64,000 nucleotides of DNA from Octopus bimaculoides. Its lineage: Eukaryota. Numbering within the stretch: position 1 is the stretch's first letter; every line of letters starts with the position of its first letter. Both the position numbers and the translations under genes were made by a program. Where the stretch lies: contig NC_068997.1 in NCBI RefSeq assembly GCF_001194135.2, positions 9,519,306 to 9,583,305 on the forward strand, read 5' to 3'. This document shows positions 39,111 through 53,095 of this stretch, one piece after another. The notes below the pieces were generated by a model. The model was given only the letters and a program-made list of their open reading frames with translations. It was not told where the DNA came from and did no database searches.

Positions 39111-40519
39111 GGTACATTATAACAAACACATGAGATAAGTGTAATATATACATGCTACACCATAACAATTTCATCCAATGACTATAATGGTTACAATATT
39201 AAAAGGAAAAAAAGGACATCAATTCTAACTAGTTGTTTATTATTTTGCATGCACACACACACACACACACCTAAAACATACACACATACTCATTCATATT
39301 CCTGTTTCTGCCTTATCTACAAATCTACAGTGAATTTACCAAACACATGTTACAGAAGTTTATATTTTATCCTGTTCATGTTGACATGAAGAGGAGTCGA
39401 AGCAATTGCGATATGACAGCCTGACAATGAGGGAGTTACCATTTGTTTTTTAATCTCGACAGGACCCTCATGTGAATTCTAGAGTTGAAGATAAAAACAG
39501 GGAGTGTATAACATTTACTGATGTCTCCTAGGACATTTTTTGTTTTCAGAAGAAAAGAGTTACATCCTTTTAACTTTGCTTCATTGAGACTAGAAAATGA
39601 TGACAGCTTAAAAAGGAAATATTGCAAATAAAGAAACACCATTTTAAGAGTACACAAAATGGTTAGTCTATGAAAGAAAGATCACATATTACATAGTACC
39701 TACCACACATTAACTAGGTTAAAAACCGTCAATGTGATTAAGGTTTGTTGTGGCTCATAAAGCTTTCAATGCCATCTTTTAATTAATCTTTTTTTAACGA
39801 AATGAGAAACATGGCTGTGTGGTTAAGAAGCTTGCTTTGTAACCACATATTTCTAATTCAATCCCACAGCACAGCATCAGTGTCAAGTGTCTTTCACTAT
39901 AGCCCCAGGTCAACCAATGGTTTGTGGGTGGATTTGGTAAATAGAAGCTGTATAGAAGCCTATCATATATGAGTGTGGGTGGGTTGTCAATGACTGTGTG
40001 TGTGTGGGGGTGTGTAATATTGCTAAAATTATAATAAAGAAATTTTAAATGCAACACTAAAGTTTCTCAACTAAAAACAATCTCCATGTTTGTTGTATGA
40101 ATATGATCTGCATTGACTAAATCTACTTTTAGCATTAAAAATATGTTTCAGTAGAATGTAGCATTTTGTGAAGAAGCAGGTTGTTGCTAATCAGCTCTGA
40201 CAGAGCAGACCTATGATCAAAATGCACTTTTGATATGGCCATTCCAAATTCTTCTTTCTTTATTTAAGACTTGTATGGTGATGTGGCTACAGTATGATTT
40301 GACTGATATTTCTAGCAGGTCAAGTAACCACATAGAGCCTTCCTCATGGACTTGTGAAGTGGCACTGAATGTACAAGTGTAAATTTGCGACACAATGACA
40401 AAAATCAAAATTAAGAAATACAGAATTTCACACGAAGAAAAACAACAATGATCAGCAACAATTATGGAAGACAACTTCCATAATTGATAAATTCCATGGT
40501 AATGTAGTACACTAACAAG

Positions 40520-40610
40520 ATCAAAGCAGCTATACACACAACAAAAACAGTAGAATCAATCAATAATCTAAGACCAATATCACTACTAAACTTAACTACA
40601 TCATAATTGA
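40520..40610 (+). mobile_element. Possible short non-LTR reverse transcriptase fragment
   Basis: Frame reads IKAAIHTTKTVESINNLRPISLLNLTTS*, with LRPISLL at 40568-40588, the N-terminal RT motif of LINEs. Confidence 0.4.
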
Positions 40611-40751
40611 CTAGACAAATGTCCCCGAGGGGCTGAGTTGCTGTATGGATAAATATGTTGAACTCGGAGTAGCAAAAAAATCAATAAATATAAGAAAGCC
40701 AGAATTCACTGAGGTTACCAACAATTGTAAAGCCCTAGACACAATCACTCA

Positions 40752-40831
<80 letters not shown>

Positions 40832-41034
40832 CACACATACATATATATATATATACACACATANNNNNNNNNNNNNNNNNNNNNNNNNNNNNNNNNNNNN
40901 NNNNNNNNNNNNNNNNNNNNNNNNNNNNNNNNNNNNNNNNNNNNNNNNNNNNNNNNNNNNNNNNNNNNNNNNNNNNNNNNNNNNNNNNNNNNNNNNNNNT
41001 ATATACACACTCACACATATATATTACATATAAA

Positions 41035-41467
41035 CAAAGTACGGTGAATAAACTATCATCTAAATTACGCAAAAATGGAAATAACACTGACATCTCATTT
41101 TAACGGATATAGTTACCAAAATTACATAAATATATCTTGAAATACTAAAGAGTAAATTTATTCAATAAAATCGCCATTGGCTTCAACCACGGCCTCCAGA
41201 CGACTTCAGAATCTCCTGCAACTCTAAATGGTCTCCTTGTTTAAGTGGGTGAATGCTACCATAATCCTTGCCTTTTGTTCATCTTTGGTGTTTAGTTGGT
41301 CTCTCACTTAACTGTGCCCCACACATAATAATCAAGGGGGTTGCAGTTTGGGGAGTTAGGTGGCCAGATATTAGGGGTGATGTGGTTGCAGAAATTGTCT
41401 GACAGCCATGACTGGATTCTCCTGCTTGTGTGGCAGGGTGCAGAGTCAATTTACCCATCACACCCTG
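41035..41467 (-). mobile_element. Internally deleted maT (DD37D) Tc1/mariner transposon
   Basis: TA-CAGGGTG terminus at 41467. Minus frame from 41447 reads DSAPCHTSRRIQSWLSDNFCNHITPNIWPPNSPNCNPLDYYVWG with 37 residues between the two Asp. C-terminal RLEAVVEANGDFIE* is present, and there is a degenerate opposite TIR near 41035. Confidence 0.85.
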
Positions 41468-42560
41468 TATATATATACATACATATACATACATATATAT
41501 ACATATATAGTCATCTAAGAATCCATCAGTCAAAAAAAAAATGCTAATTGTATATTTAGCAATAAAATGATTGTATAAATATTTATATAAACAGTTTTAT
41601 AGATCCATTTCAGCCAATCCTACCTACATAAGTTTTTACATTCAAGGAGAATTGAGATGTGAAACACAAAACTTTCTGGTAGATGTTTCTTTGTTTAATA
41701 GATAAACATTTCCCCCAAATGCATAAGTACAGAAAAATGTTAAGAGTTTCTATTAGCTGTGTTCCTAGTATAAAGTACTGGAGAGATGTAAGCCTTCAAT
41801 GACTTAAGGTGTAGACTGTGCTTAGTAGAGAAAAGAATTATATTACAGAACTCTGTTCACCCAGATATCAACCAAACCTAAAAGTAAAATTATCCAATCC
41901 TGCCCTCACTGGCAGAGAAATGTACTTGAACATTGGCAGAATGCAATTCGTATAAATGTTAAAGATTCCACCATAAGTACTTCCCATAACCACAATCTAG
42001 GGGTTCAGCATAAGGTTTGCCACACCCAGCTTAATACAAAAATACACACACACACACGATTTTAAGAGTAGCTCTTCCCCTTCCCCACTCCCCACCTCAG
42101 TAAACACACATCACCTCCATCCTGCCGGCACCTCAACCTCAACCCCACTCTACAGGCATTTACTTTACACACCATGATGGTGCTGTCTGATTCTTATCCA
42201 ACGAGCATGACTAGTAAACAAAAAATTTCCTCTCTAGGTTTTCCCTACAGGTTCTTTTCCATTCCAGATTTTCGATACCCACAAACCTTTCTACCAACCC
42301 CTCTGATGACTGTCGAGATTGGTTCCCCAAAATTGCCATGTACGAAACTGATTGGTAATACAAGCTGAAATAGATCTATTAATCTGGATGGTATAAATAT
42401 CAATATTATATATAATAAGAAGACAAAAATTGAAAAATAACAGGATATATTGCATGTTTAAACATTGATCAGTGAGTGGAAAAGATGTGAATGATGACTG
42501 CAAAGTTTTGTTAATAAACAGAGATAAATTTATAAATGAATAATAACTTATACAGATATA

Positions 42561-42645
42561 TAAATAATATATGTAAATAATATATAATATATAAATAATA
42601 TATGTAAATAATATATAATATATAAATAATATATGTAAATAATAA
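42561..42645. repeat. AT-rich minisatellite, 31-bp unit, about 2.7 copies
   Basis: Unit taaataatatatgtaaataatatataatata. Confidence 0.8.
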
Positions 42646-43524
42646 TGTACAAATAAATAAAAACTAAATACTTTCATCATTTGTTTTAAAAAATAAAACC
42701 AAAATTACTTAGCAGTTTCTTGCGAAAAATTTGATATTCTGTCATGTTAATATTCAACATGGTATCCAATCAAAAATGTTTCGCTACACAATGGAAAACT
42801 AAAATGCTGACTGACAGAATATCTCACCCTGAACAATAAAAATAATGGAATTGCTCAAAGTGGAGGATTATATGAAAGCATTATAGATTTACCAGATTAA
42901 GGAAATAAACAACAAAAGACTCAAGAAATCTTCAAAAATATTCCAAACATTGCTAGCATTAGTATTCTTTTTACTCTATTTTTCTTTTTTTTTTCCTAAC
43001 ATTGGAAAATACTTTCAGATAATATAAAGTTACCTGATGGCATTACTTTTTATTTTACTCAATATATAAGAAATACATAAATGATACTTCATGACTCTTT
43101 CCGCTATAAATTCTTCCTGCAAACCCAAAGGGTTTGATAGTCGTAGCTTTTTAGCTTTGGTTTCATGGCATTAAATAAATCTTCCTTTCAACAGGTTTCT
43201 GCTCTGATGCAGATAACATACCCAGAAAGATATCATACCTATTCAACACATCTCAATAACCAGGAAAGGATAGAAGCAGAGGCACAACTCTACTTACTAA
43301 AACTATATTATAAAAAAGGGGGGGGGGGAAGGAAACAAAAATGAATGCGTGATAAAGTAACACATAACAAAACAATTACAGTAGATCTGAACTGATGACC
43401 TCCAAACTGGGAGTTGAGTACCATATCACTTCTTTATACAATATGTGTCATATATAAGATCATGTTTGGGCAGTGTTCGAGATGGTCACAACCAAGAAAT
43501 TGGGTCAGAGAGTAAGAATAAATA

Positions 43525-43705
43525 CTTGTTTCAAACTTTGGTACAAGGCTAACAATTTCAAAGGTGGGGATAAGACAATTACATTGAAATGCAAAGATAA
43601 AAGTTAAGTCTACCTCAGTGGAATTTGAACTCAAAACAGCAAGACAAACGAAGTGCCACTAAGCATTTTGCCTAGTGTAGTAACAATTCTGCCAGCTGGC
43701 AAACT
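43525..43705 (-). mobile_element. Family B SINE with 12-bp TSD
   Basis: TSD taagaataaata at 43513-43524 and 43711-43722. Confidence 0.75.
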
Positions 43706-43933
43706 CAGAATAAGAATAAATATTAGTAAAGAAACCAGGCTCTTGGAGGACAAGATTATACCATTCCTATTTCATATTTGGTAATAAAACTAAGATTTAT
43801 CATATTTATTGCAATAAATTTTTTTGATTTCATTATATATTAATGCTTTGACTATTCTTAATAATGAACAACATTGAGCAGTATATTGTAAATATTACTA
43901 AATGGCCATAGCTGACAGCGCAACCCACAAATA

Positions 43934-43979
<46 letters not shown>

Positions 43980-44226
43980 CGTGCAAGAATCAGATTTCAA
44001 ATTGACCTAATATGAATATTTTAACCAACATCACTTTGTTTAACCATGTGCTCACACCAATCTTCCAGTAACAAATGTCTACTATGAATTGATTTATCTC
44101 CTGATACAAGAAATCACAAGAATTCTCAAAGACAACCATAGTTGTCATAGGGAATTCTAGCAAATTTACAGTAAGTGTGTGTGTGTGTGTGTGTGTTTAA
44201 AAAAAGAAAAAGTATCAATAGGCACT

Positions 44227-44381
44227 GGAGTCGCTGTGTGGTAAGTGACTTGCTTACCAACCACATGGTTCCGGGTTCAGTCCCACTGCGTGGCACCTTG
44301 GGCAAGTGTCTTCTACTATAGCTTCGGGCCGACCAAAGCCTTGTGAGTGGATTTGGTAGAGAGAAACTGAAAGAAGCCTGA

Positions 44382-44470
<89 letters not shown>

Positions 44471-44694
44471 TTGTATGTATGTATGTGTATGTTTGTGTCT
44501 GTGTTTGTCCCCCAATATTACTTGACAACTGATGCTGGTGTGTTTACATCCGTGTAACTTAGTGGTTCAGCAAAAGAGTCCAATAGAATAAGTACTAGGC
44601 TTACAAAGAATAAGTCCTGGGGTCAATTTGCTTGATTAAAGGTGGTGCTCCAGCATGGCCACAGCCAAATGACTGAAACAAATAAAAGAATAAA
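44227..44694 (+). mobile_element. Full-length family A SINE with expanded internal (TG)n
   Basis: Head, CORE-like block, central microsatellite at ~44380-44490, and tail aaaagaataaag. Confidence 0.85.
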
Positions 44695-44984
44695 GCCCAG
44701 TAAAAGAACGCTCACTCATATTTTTCTCCCCTTCAATTAAGAATCTATAATAGTTTAAACCAAACACCTAACCTCATCCAGTCATAATTAATTCTGTCTA
44801 CAAGAGTCCAGCAAGTTTTTAGTTATTGCCCATTTTGAGAATCAAAGGAAAAGAGAAACAATTACATAATCCAAGGCAAAAATGGTTGGTATTAATTAAT
44901 ATTTTCAACCATAATTTCTTTCTCCAGTCTATGCCCTGCACAATCGAGGACTTCTATCTTGCAAGTACTCAGCAATATCAGCAC

Positions 44985-45165
44985 TCCTGGTGCCACAGAA
45001 AAAGCATCCAGTACAGTTTAAGTGGTTGGTATTAGGAAGGGCATCCATCTGTAGAAGCCACACCAAAACAGACATGGAATCTTGTGGAGCCCTATGGCTC
45101 ATCTGCTCTTGTCAAACCGTTCAACCCATGCCAGCATTAGAAAAAGTGATGTTAAATGATGATGA
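44985..45165 (+). mobile_element. Family C SINE
   Basis: gtggttggtattaggaagggcatcc...ccatgccagcat...(gat)n. Confidence 0.7.
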
Positions 45166-45378
45166 ATCACAGAAACTCCTTTATATGGTACCCAAAGAAC
45201 TGAATTGAAAATGCTTGTTAATCATTAAAGCTTCACTGGGCCAAGACCAAATATTTCATCCTCAGGTGATGGAACCTCCATTGGTTTTGATGATGGACAT
45301 TCAGCTGTTTGATCGACTGAGTATCTGACTCAGTAAGTTAATGTGGACATGGCTGAGTATTCCACAGATATGCCTTAA

Positions 45379-45599
45379 CCCTTTAACAGAAAGATTACTC
45401 TGTCAAGTATAACACTTATTTATTCAGATTGTTTTGAATTAATCCGGCATTATCCCATAGCTTCGAGATTTCAATAACGTGGTTGTTTATTTTTAGAATG
45501 ACATTCTAGAGTAGATATGTGAGACCAGAACTGGCCAGTTTGACCACAAAGCAGGTAAAAATATTTGGATTGGATATGGCCAGCTTAAATGCTAAAGGG
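45379..45599. mobile_element. piggyBac-like MITE, family 1 (221 bp, uninterrupted)
   Basis: TTAA at 45375-45378 and 45600-45603; ends ccctttaac...gctaaaggg. Confidence 0.8.
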
Positions 45600-46132
45600 T
45601 TAATGCAATTCCTAGTGTAATTTCTTGACAATGTATAAGTGGCTGAGTATTCCACTAACATCTTAATGTAATCGCTATACCTAATCAGTGTGACAATACA
45701 TGACTAAGCTGAACTCTGAATTATAAGTATAATCTAATGGGATTCCACAGAGTTTCCATCAACCTAATTTCACTCACAAAGCTTAGAGCAAGCTGCAGCT
45801 TTATAAAATTCATAAAAATATAATAAAATACTCTGAGATCTCACAACAGAAAAGCAAACATCCAAATCACTCAGTTATGCTTGCATCCACAGGTAATATG
45901 GCATGAAAATGAGTGAAGCAGAGCTCTAAGGGAACTCTGCTTCTAGTTAGTTCACTAAAGAACTAACTATAAGCAGAGAAATCAGAGGTACAAGAAATAG
46001 GTGAAAGTAATGGCTACACAGAATCAAACTCACAAAACAAGGTTGGAGCTGGAAAGAGATAAAACAGTGGTGAAGGGGTATCAGAGACCCTCGGGTAGAT
46101 ATGGGATATATATATACCACATCTATGTATGT

Positions 46133-46825
46133 GAGGGCACATGGCCTAGTGATTAGGGAGTTGCAATCATGATCGCAAGATCATGGTTTAAATTCCTAGA
46201 CTGGGTTCTTGAGCAAAACACTTCATTTCATGTTACTCTGAAATCATTTCAACATTTGATGCATGGTATACCTTGCTCCTGTTCAGATTTGATGGAGGGA
46301 GTGAGTTAATGTACAAAACATACATTTGATCACTATAAACAAGACATTTATGTAGGTTGTTTGGCAAAAGCTGAATGCTCGTCCGTTGTCGTTGGTGGGA
46401 GAGTCCATCACCTAGCTATTGGACGATATAGTAAAAGCACCCATGCAATGCCATATAAAAGCGTCTATGTGGTGCCACGTAGAAACATCAAGCACACTCT
46501 GTAAAGCGGTTAGTGTTAGGAAGGGCATCCAGCCATAGAAAACCAAATCAGACTGAAGCCTGGTGCAGCTTGCCTGCTCTGATTACACCATTACACCATC
46601 CAACCCATGCCAGCATGGTCAAGCCATCCAACCCATGCCAGCATGGACAACAGACATTAAATGATGATGATTATGATGATGAATGGGTGGGTTACCAACA
46701 ATTTCTGTCAACCAATTTCACTCACAAAGCACTGGTCTGTTTGGAACCATAGGAGAAGACACTTGTCAGAAATATCACACAGCAGGACTGAAGCAGAAAC
46801 CATGTGGCTACAGAGCAAACGCAAG
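46133..46825. mobile_element. SINE cluster: family D-related (+, ~46133-46420), family C (+, ~46430-46680), family A fragment (-, ~46695-46825)
   Basis: Each segment matches other copies in the window. Confidence 0.65.
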
Positions 46826-49062
46826 CAAAGGCTACTCTTACAGCCTGAATTGACCAAAGCGCATCGTTGATGCAGAAAATTACAAGGCAAAGTCAATCCT
46901 CTCAAGATTCCAACATGGAGTTAAGAAGTGTGAAGTGCTAAGTTTCCCCACTCTAGTCTTGCAGCTATATAAACCAAAAAAATGTTTGTGTATTCATCTT
47001 CTCATCTAGTAATTTATCATTTAAAAAAATTTTTTTGTTTTTAACTATAAAAATCAATTTTTGATTATTTTNNNNNNNNNNNNNNNNNNNNNNNNNNNNN
47101 NNNNNNNNNNNNNNNNNNNNNNNNNNNNNNNNNNNNNNNNNNNNNNNNNNNNNNNNNNNNNNNNNNNNNNNNNNNNNNNNNNNNNNNNNNNNNNNNNNNN
47201 NNNNNNNNNNNNNNNNNNNNNNNNNNNNNNNNNNNNNNNNNNNNNNNNNNNNNNNNNNNNNNNNNNNNNTGTGGTGGTGGTGGTGGTGTACAGAAATAAG
47301 CACAATGGCAATACTAAATAAAAAAAAATAAAAAAAAGGTAAAAATATAATTTCACAAACCACTGTCACAAGACCCAACAGGATTGCTGGGAGAGGAACT
47401 GAAGATTGCAAAGTAAAAAAAAAAAAAACTTATTATTTTGTATTAACTTTCCTCATTGCTAAGAAACAAAAACTTTGCACCAAAGTGAAACGAAAAATAA
47501 GAAGAAGGAAAAAAAGAAAGTGAAACACCACAACTACAATATTTTAAACACTGTAGAACCAAAAATAATGCATAACCAAGAGACAGTGTTTATCAGATTA
47601 TTGCAAGTTTTGCTAACATTATATACGTATATATAAAAAAAATAGAAAGAAAACATAACTATCTATTGTATGCATGGTCTATATGTTGTAAGTGAAACTA
47701 CTACACAAGATTTGTAGACAATACAAATTACATTATAAATATAGTAAGCCAAATATCCCTGAAAGTACACAGATTTACCGATTGCATTACCGAATGTGTT
47801 TATAAGAGAGAAAAATAGGAAGGCAACAGTTACATGTGTAGGAATTAGGTTTAGAAATCATGTTTTCGGTTAGAATACGAAAAAAGATACAGCAACAAAC
47901 TTGTGATAATAGTTTTATTGTTAACGTATAATTTTATCTGAACGATGATGGTGTAGTTGGCGGGCAAGTAATATCAAGCTATGAAACATGGAATATTTGC
48001 ATGTGTGTGTTTACTTTAGACACATAGATACATACACAGTTATATGTGTACCTAAGCATATGCGTGCACGCTTGCACACATACATATATATTCATTTATC
48101 AACTCGAGCATATATCAATTTATATATCATTTTTCAGAATACATTAAGAAATGCATTCTAAGGCAAGAGACTACAACAGTGCTCAATAAACTAATATTAA
48201 TGTTTCGAGAATATATGATGTAGATAAACTAAATAAAAGGATCAGTTTGAAGCAATATATATATACATATATATATATACACACATATACATACACACAC
48301 ACACACACATATATATATGCACATGAGGTGATATTTTTTTTTTAAACATTTATCACTCTCCTTATGAAGCAAGATGGTACTTGACACTTACCTAAGGAAG
48401 GGTATTTTATCCTCCTTCAGATAGCAATGAAAAGATGATTTAGTTAAGCGATTTAGGACAATATGTTAAAGAATGGTGCAATCAAGAAAGAACTGGAAGC
48501 ACATTGTGACCAGCAATGTATAACAACATCTGACAGCCTGGTCAACACAGTGATATATATACTTTTATATATTTATTATCTTACTGGGACACATTATGAT
48601 TTTGCAAACAAGCTGACAATGAAAACAGAGCCACAAGCTGTAATCTGTTATCAGTCAGAATTTAAATAAAGGTCAACCTAAATGTTTCTGGGTTAAATAT
48701 ACTTGCAATAATAAAATTACAAGACATCATAATTCTGTGAAACCTCATAGAAATTCAGTCTTCAACACTAAGGCTCTAAACATTATTTTTTTTTTTTTTG
48801 AGCACTTTCAGAGATTCCTGCTTCAAGATGCATTTCTTGATGCACTTTGAGAGAAAACGATACAGTGGAAACTCTAAACAGAGCTGTGACTCTGTTTAGT
48901 GAACACTCTGCAATGTAGTATCACTGTTATTTGAGAAAGATCTGAATTTCTCTGAAGAATCATGGAACCTTTAATATATTCTTACTTTGGTGTCAAGAGT
49001 ATATTTAACTCAGAAAAATTCAGACTGATTCTCATATCAGAATGCAAGAGTTCTGAAATATA

Positions 49063-49453
49063 TTCTTTTATTCATTTACTTGTTTCAGTCATTTGACTGC
49101 GGTCATGCTGGAGCATTGCCTTTAGTCGAACAAATTGAATCCAAGACTTAACCCTTGTAAGCCTAGTTCTCATTCTGTCAGTCTCTTTTGCCGAACTGCA
49201 AAGTTATGGCGATGTAAACACACCAACATCACTTGTCGAGTGATGGTGGGTGGTGGACAAACACAGACACACTAACACACACACACACACATATATACGA
49301 CAGGCTTCTTTCAGTTTCCATCTACCAAATCCACTCACAAGGCTTTAGTTGGCCTGAGGCTATATTAGGAGACACTTGCTCAAGGTGCCATGCAGTGGGA
49401 CTGAACCCAGAACCATGTGGTTGGGAAGCAAGCTTCTTACCACACAGCCACTG
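49063..49453 (-). mobile_element. Full-length family A SINE
   Basis: Reverse complement of the 44227 copy. Confidence 0.85.
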
Positions 49454-49609
49454 TATTGAAATATACTTTACGTAATAAAAACATTATCTGATATGCAAGT
49501 TAATATGTGGAGAAGAATGGATAGATTTGTTTATTACATCTAAAGTTTCAGAAAAAATTTAACATTCATACACATTCACCCCCCCCACACACACACACAC
49601 ATACAGACC

Positions 49610-49830
49610 AATCATCATCATGATCATCATCATGATTAAATGTCCATGTTCAATGTTGGCAAGAGTTGGATAGTTTTGACACAATCCAACAGTTCCAACG
49701 ATTGCATTGTGTCCCAATGTCTGCTTTGGTATGGTTTCTATGACTGAATGTCCTTTCTAACGCCAATCCCTTTACAGAATGTACTGGGTGCCTTTTTCTT
49801 TCCTGGCACCAGCACTAGTGAGGTTGCCAT
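49610..49830 (-). mobile_element. Old family C SINE
   Basis: (cat)n tail and degenerate body. Confidence 0.6.
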
Positions 49831-50104
49831 GCAGCTTGCAAGACTAAGATCTCCTTTGACTGAGTGAGACTACAGTAGAGAGGGAGGTGGCTTTATGTAA
49901 GGAGATAAGGCATCAAAGTGTAGCCTTCTTGCAAACAACACTCACCTATTTCCAGGCAAGGTAATATTTCTCCACGACCAGACATGTTTTCACAGAAGAT
50001 TGGAAATGAAGGACACCACATTGCATGCTAGTGACACTAGTTTACAACTATCATGTGATGCCAAGGCAAGGAGACAGTAACACATATATATATGCACACA
50101 TACA

Positions 50105-50445
50105 TAGGGCACATGCCTCAGTGGTTAGAGCATCAGGCTCACGATCATGTGGTAGTGAGTTTGATTCCTGGACTGGGCTGTGTGTTGTGATCTTGAGCAA
50201 GACACTTTATTTCACGTTGTTTCAGTTCACTTAGCTGTAGAAATGATTTGCGACATCACTGGTGCCAAGTTGTATCGGCTCCTTTGCCTTTCCCTTGGGT
50301 AACATCAGTGGCATGGAGAGGGGAACCTGGTATGCATGGGCAACTGCTGGTCTTCCACAAACATCCTTGCCTGGATTTGTGCCTCAAAGGGGAACTTTCT
50401 AGAAGCAATCCTATGGTCATTCATACCGAAGGAGGTCTTTACCCT
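50105..50445 (+). mobile_element. Family D tRNA-derived SINE
   Basis: Head ctcagtggttagagc...gagtttgattcc; matches 9215-9551 in reverse. Confidence 0.75.
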
Positions 50446-51419
50446 TTACGTATGTACAATAGGCTTCCTTTAGCTCCATCTACCAAATCCATTCTCAAGG
50501 CTATGGTTGGCATGGGGCTTAGAGTAGAAGACACTTGTACAAAGTGCCACACAGTGGGACTGAACTTGAAACCAAGTTGTTGGGAAGCAAACTTCTTACC
50601 ACACACACACACACACACAATGCATAAAGTTTTGTAGAACTGCTTTTCAGAATCTGCATTTGGTAATGTATTTTACAGCAAAATCTGTTAAAGTCAGATT
50701 GCATTCATTGCATATTACATCGCTGGTTTGCCAGTTAGCTGCAAGCAAACATTCACAAATTTCAATTGTAAAAAAAAAAACATTTTTTGTTTACATTTTC
50801 TAATAAATTTGCTTTTAAAAATATGTGAGAGAAAAACATTAACTTTCTCCAGAAAAAATGATAATTTTCATATGGTTTGTATAAATTTTGAAAAAAAAAA
50901 AAAAACAGCAAACAGCAATGCATTTCTCAACAAGTTATATGTGCATAGGCTTACGCACACACACACAAACACACATGCCTAAAATGATGTGAGCTTCTGC
51001 TTCTATATAGCTAAGAGAACTCAAATGAAAGTATTAATTGAGAGTTAGCTGGTTAGTTTGGTCATTTGGCAAGCTTGGATACTGGTCATCAGTATTGTTG
51101 CCAGTTGCATGACAGCACTGACTGAGCAGGCAGACCTATGGTCAAAGGTATTCCAACCTGTCCAATGTAACCTTCTTTCTCGAGGGAGATGTGGCTGCTA
51201 ATTTCTAGCAGGTCAAGCAACCCAGAACAGACTGGTTCATTGGCTGGATTTTATAAGAGAAGGGTAGCTGTGACTTGGTTATTATTACATCACAAACATA
51301 AATTCAGGTTGAAGCCATGGTTCATGGTACACACACAATTTCTTTCCCTAAAAATATAATTTTCAACATCTTTAGTAAAGATACATTTGAACAGCGTTAA
51401 TCCCTCTACAAATCTTATC

Positions 51420-53095
51420 TATGACCAAAGGTGTTCCAGTTATGACCACCTTATCTGTTGCCCTGACATTGCATACCTAAGACTACATTATACAAATGAG
51501 TCAGTACCTCTTTGAAAAAAAGTTAATCTTAAGGGATATTTGGGTGCTATTTTTAGCAAATTGAAAGCCCATACAAAGTCTCCTTCAAATCTGATCACAG
51601 CTTATCTCTTCCAGAGAGAGAAAGAGAGAAATTATCAAGTGTAGTAATTGACTGGTACTTTATTTATCGACCTCCCCCCACACCCCCAAAGAACAAGCAA
51701 TAAAGTTGACCTCATCTGTAAACATCTTTATAAAATTATCCACAGATGAAAAAATTATTGATGTAATCCAAAAAGTTAATCCCAACATGGAATTCAACTT
51801 AGTAATAAAGAAAGGCAAATAGATGCAGATATTTCAGATGAACTCAATGTTGTGATTGATTTTTCTAAGAGTTTGGGAATCAGCATTCTCTATTAACAAT
51901 GACTTATCACTAAAATTCTATGATGGTGCAATTTTTATATTGCTAAGAAAGTTGATTTGAAGCCAAAAAAAGAAGAAAAAAAGAAAAAAGTTCCAGAGAT
52001 CATTATTGTTGAAGAATTGTTCAATTGCACAGACAGTTTTGTGATGAGAGTTTTTGTGATGAGAGTTTTTCATTCTGTACATTACATTAATGTAAGAACT
52101 GCAAAGACAGAAACAGTTTTAACCTAAAATTGTGAATGTTGCAACATTACAAGACAAGCAATTACATTCTTTATAAACAAAAATTTCTAAGTAAACGTAT
52201 ATTATCTAAGAACAGCACTTGGTGAAGCAGTAAAAATGCTAAACTTTATAAAACCTTCAACACTTCAATCAGACAGCTTTCTATTTTGTGCAAAAATGAC
52301 AATGCTCAAGGCTTTTCTTTACACGTGTACACATTAAGTTCTTCTCTAAACATAAATGAAATAGTTTTACAGAGTTAAATTACTTGTGAAACTGTTTTAG
52401 TTTCATAACAAAGTATTACAGTTCTTTAAATCCAGCAATTCAAAACAGAAACTCAAACCATTCAAAGACAATGAGACCAGCATATCTTTATATATTACCA
52501 AATTAAATGAAGTTAATCAGAGATTATAACAAAATGTTGTAATTTTAAAAAAAATAAATAAAATTCCATTATCAAGAAATATATTCTAAATTCTTCATCT
52601 AATTCTATAAAGAAGAAAACTACATTTGACAGCTTTCCAATTTTGTACAAAATAAAACAAGTAAACAAAGTCCATAAAAAAAAAATAGTTAGCTGTGCTG
52701 TTTTATAACACTCAAATGACTCGCACTCATCTTTATCAGAATATTTTCAGAAAAAAAAAACTTAAAGAACCAAAATGCATTCATGCTTATAACTAGGTTT
52801 TGTGGTTTCATTGCAAAAGACTATTACAAACTGCTTTCTTTTCTGGTTGATGTTAAACAGAAAAATAAAGAATGTTTACTTAAAGCTGTTTAGTTCAGCT
52901 CTAACTAAATAGATCTATGGTCAAAAACATTCCAGTTATGACCACCTTGTCTGTCACTCTGGCATTGCATACCTAAGACTACATCATACAGTGGGTTTGA
53001 CCTCTTTTTCAAAGAAGTATACTGTCTTATGGGATATTTGCTTGCTATTTTTAAGCAGATTGATACCCCGTACAAAGGCTCCTTCATTGGCCCAA
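51420..53095 (+). repeat. Two close copies (~51420-51590 and ~52910-53095) of an old unclassified interspersed repeat, family E
   Basis: Shared ctatg(a/g)(c/t)caaa...ttccagttatgaccacctt...cattgcatacctaagactacat...gggatattt...gctattttta; more degenerate copies occur elsewhere in the window. Confidence 0.7.
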
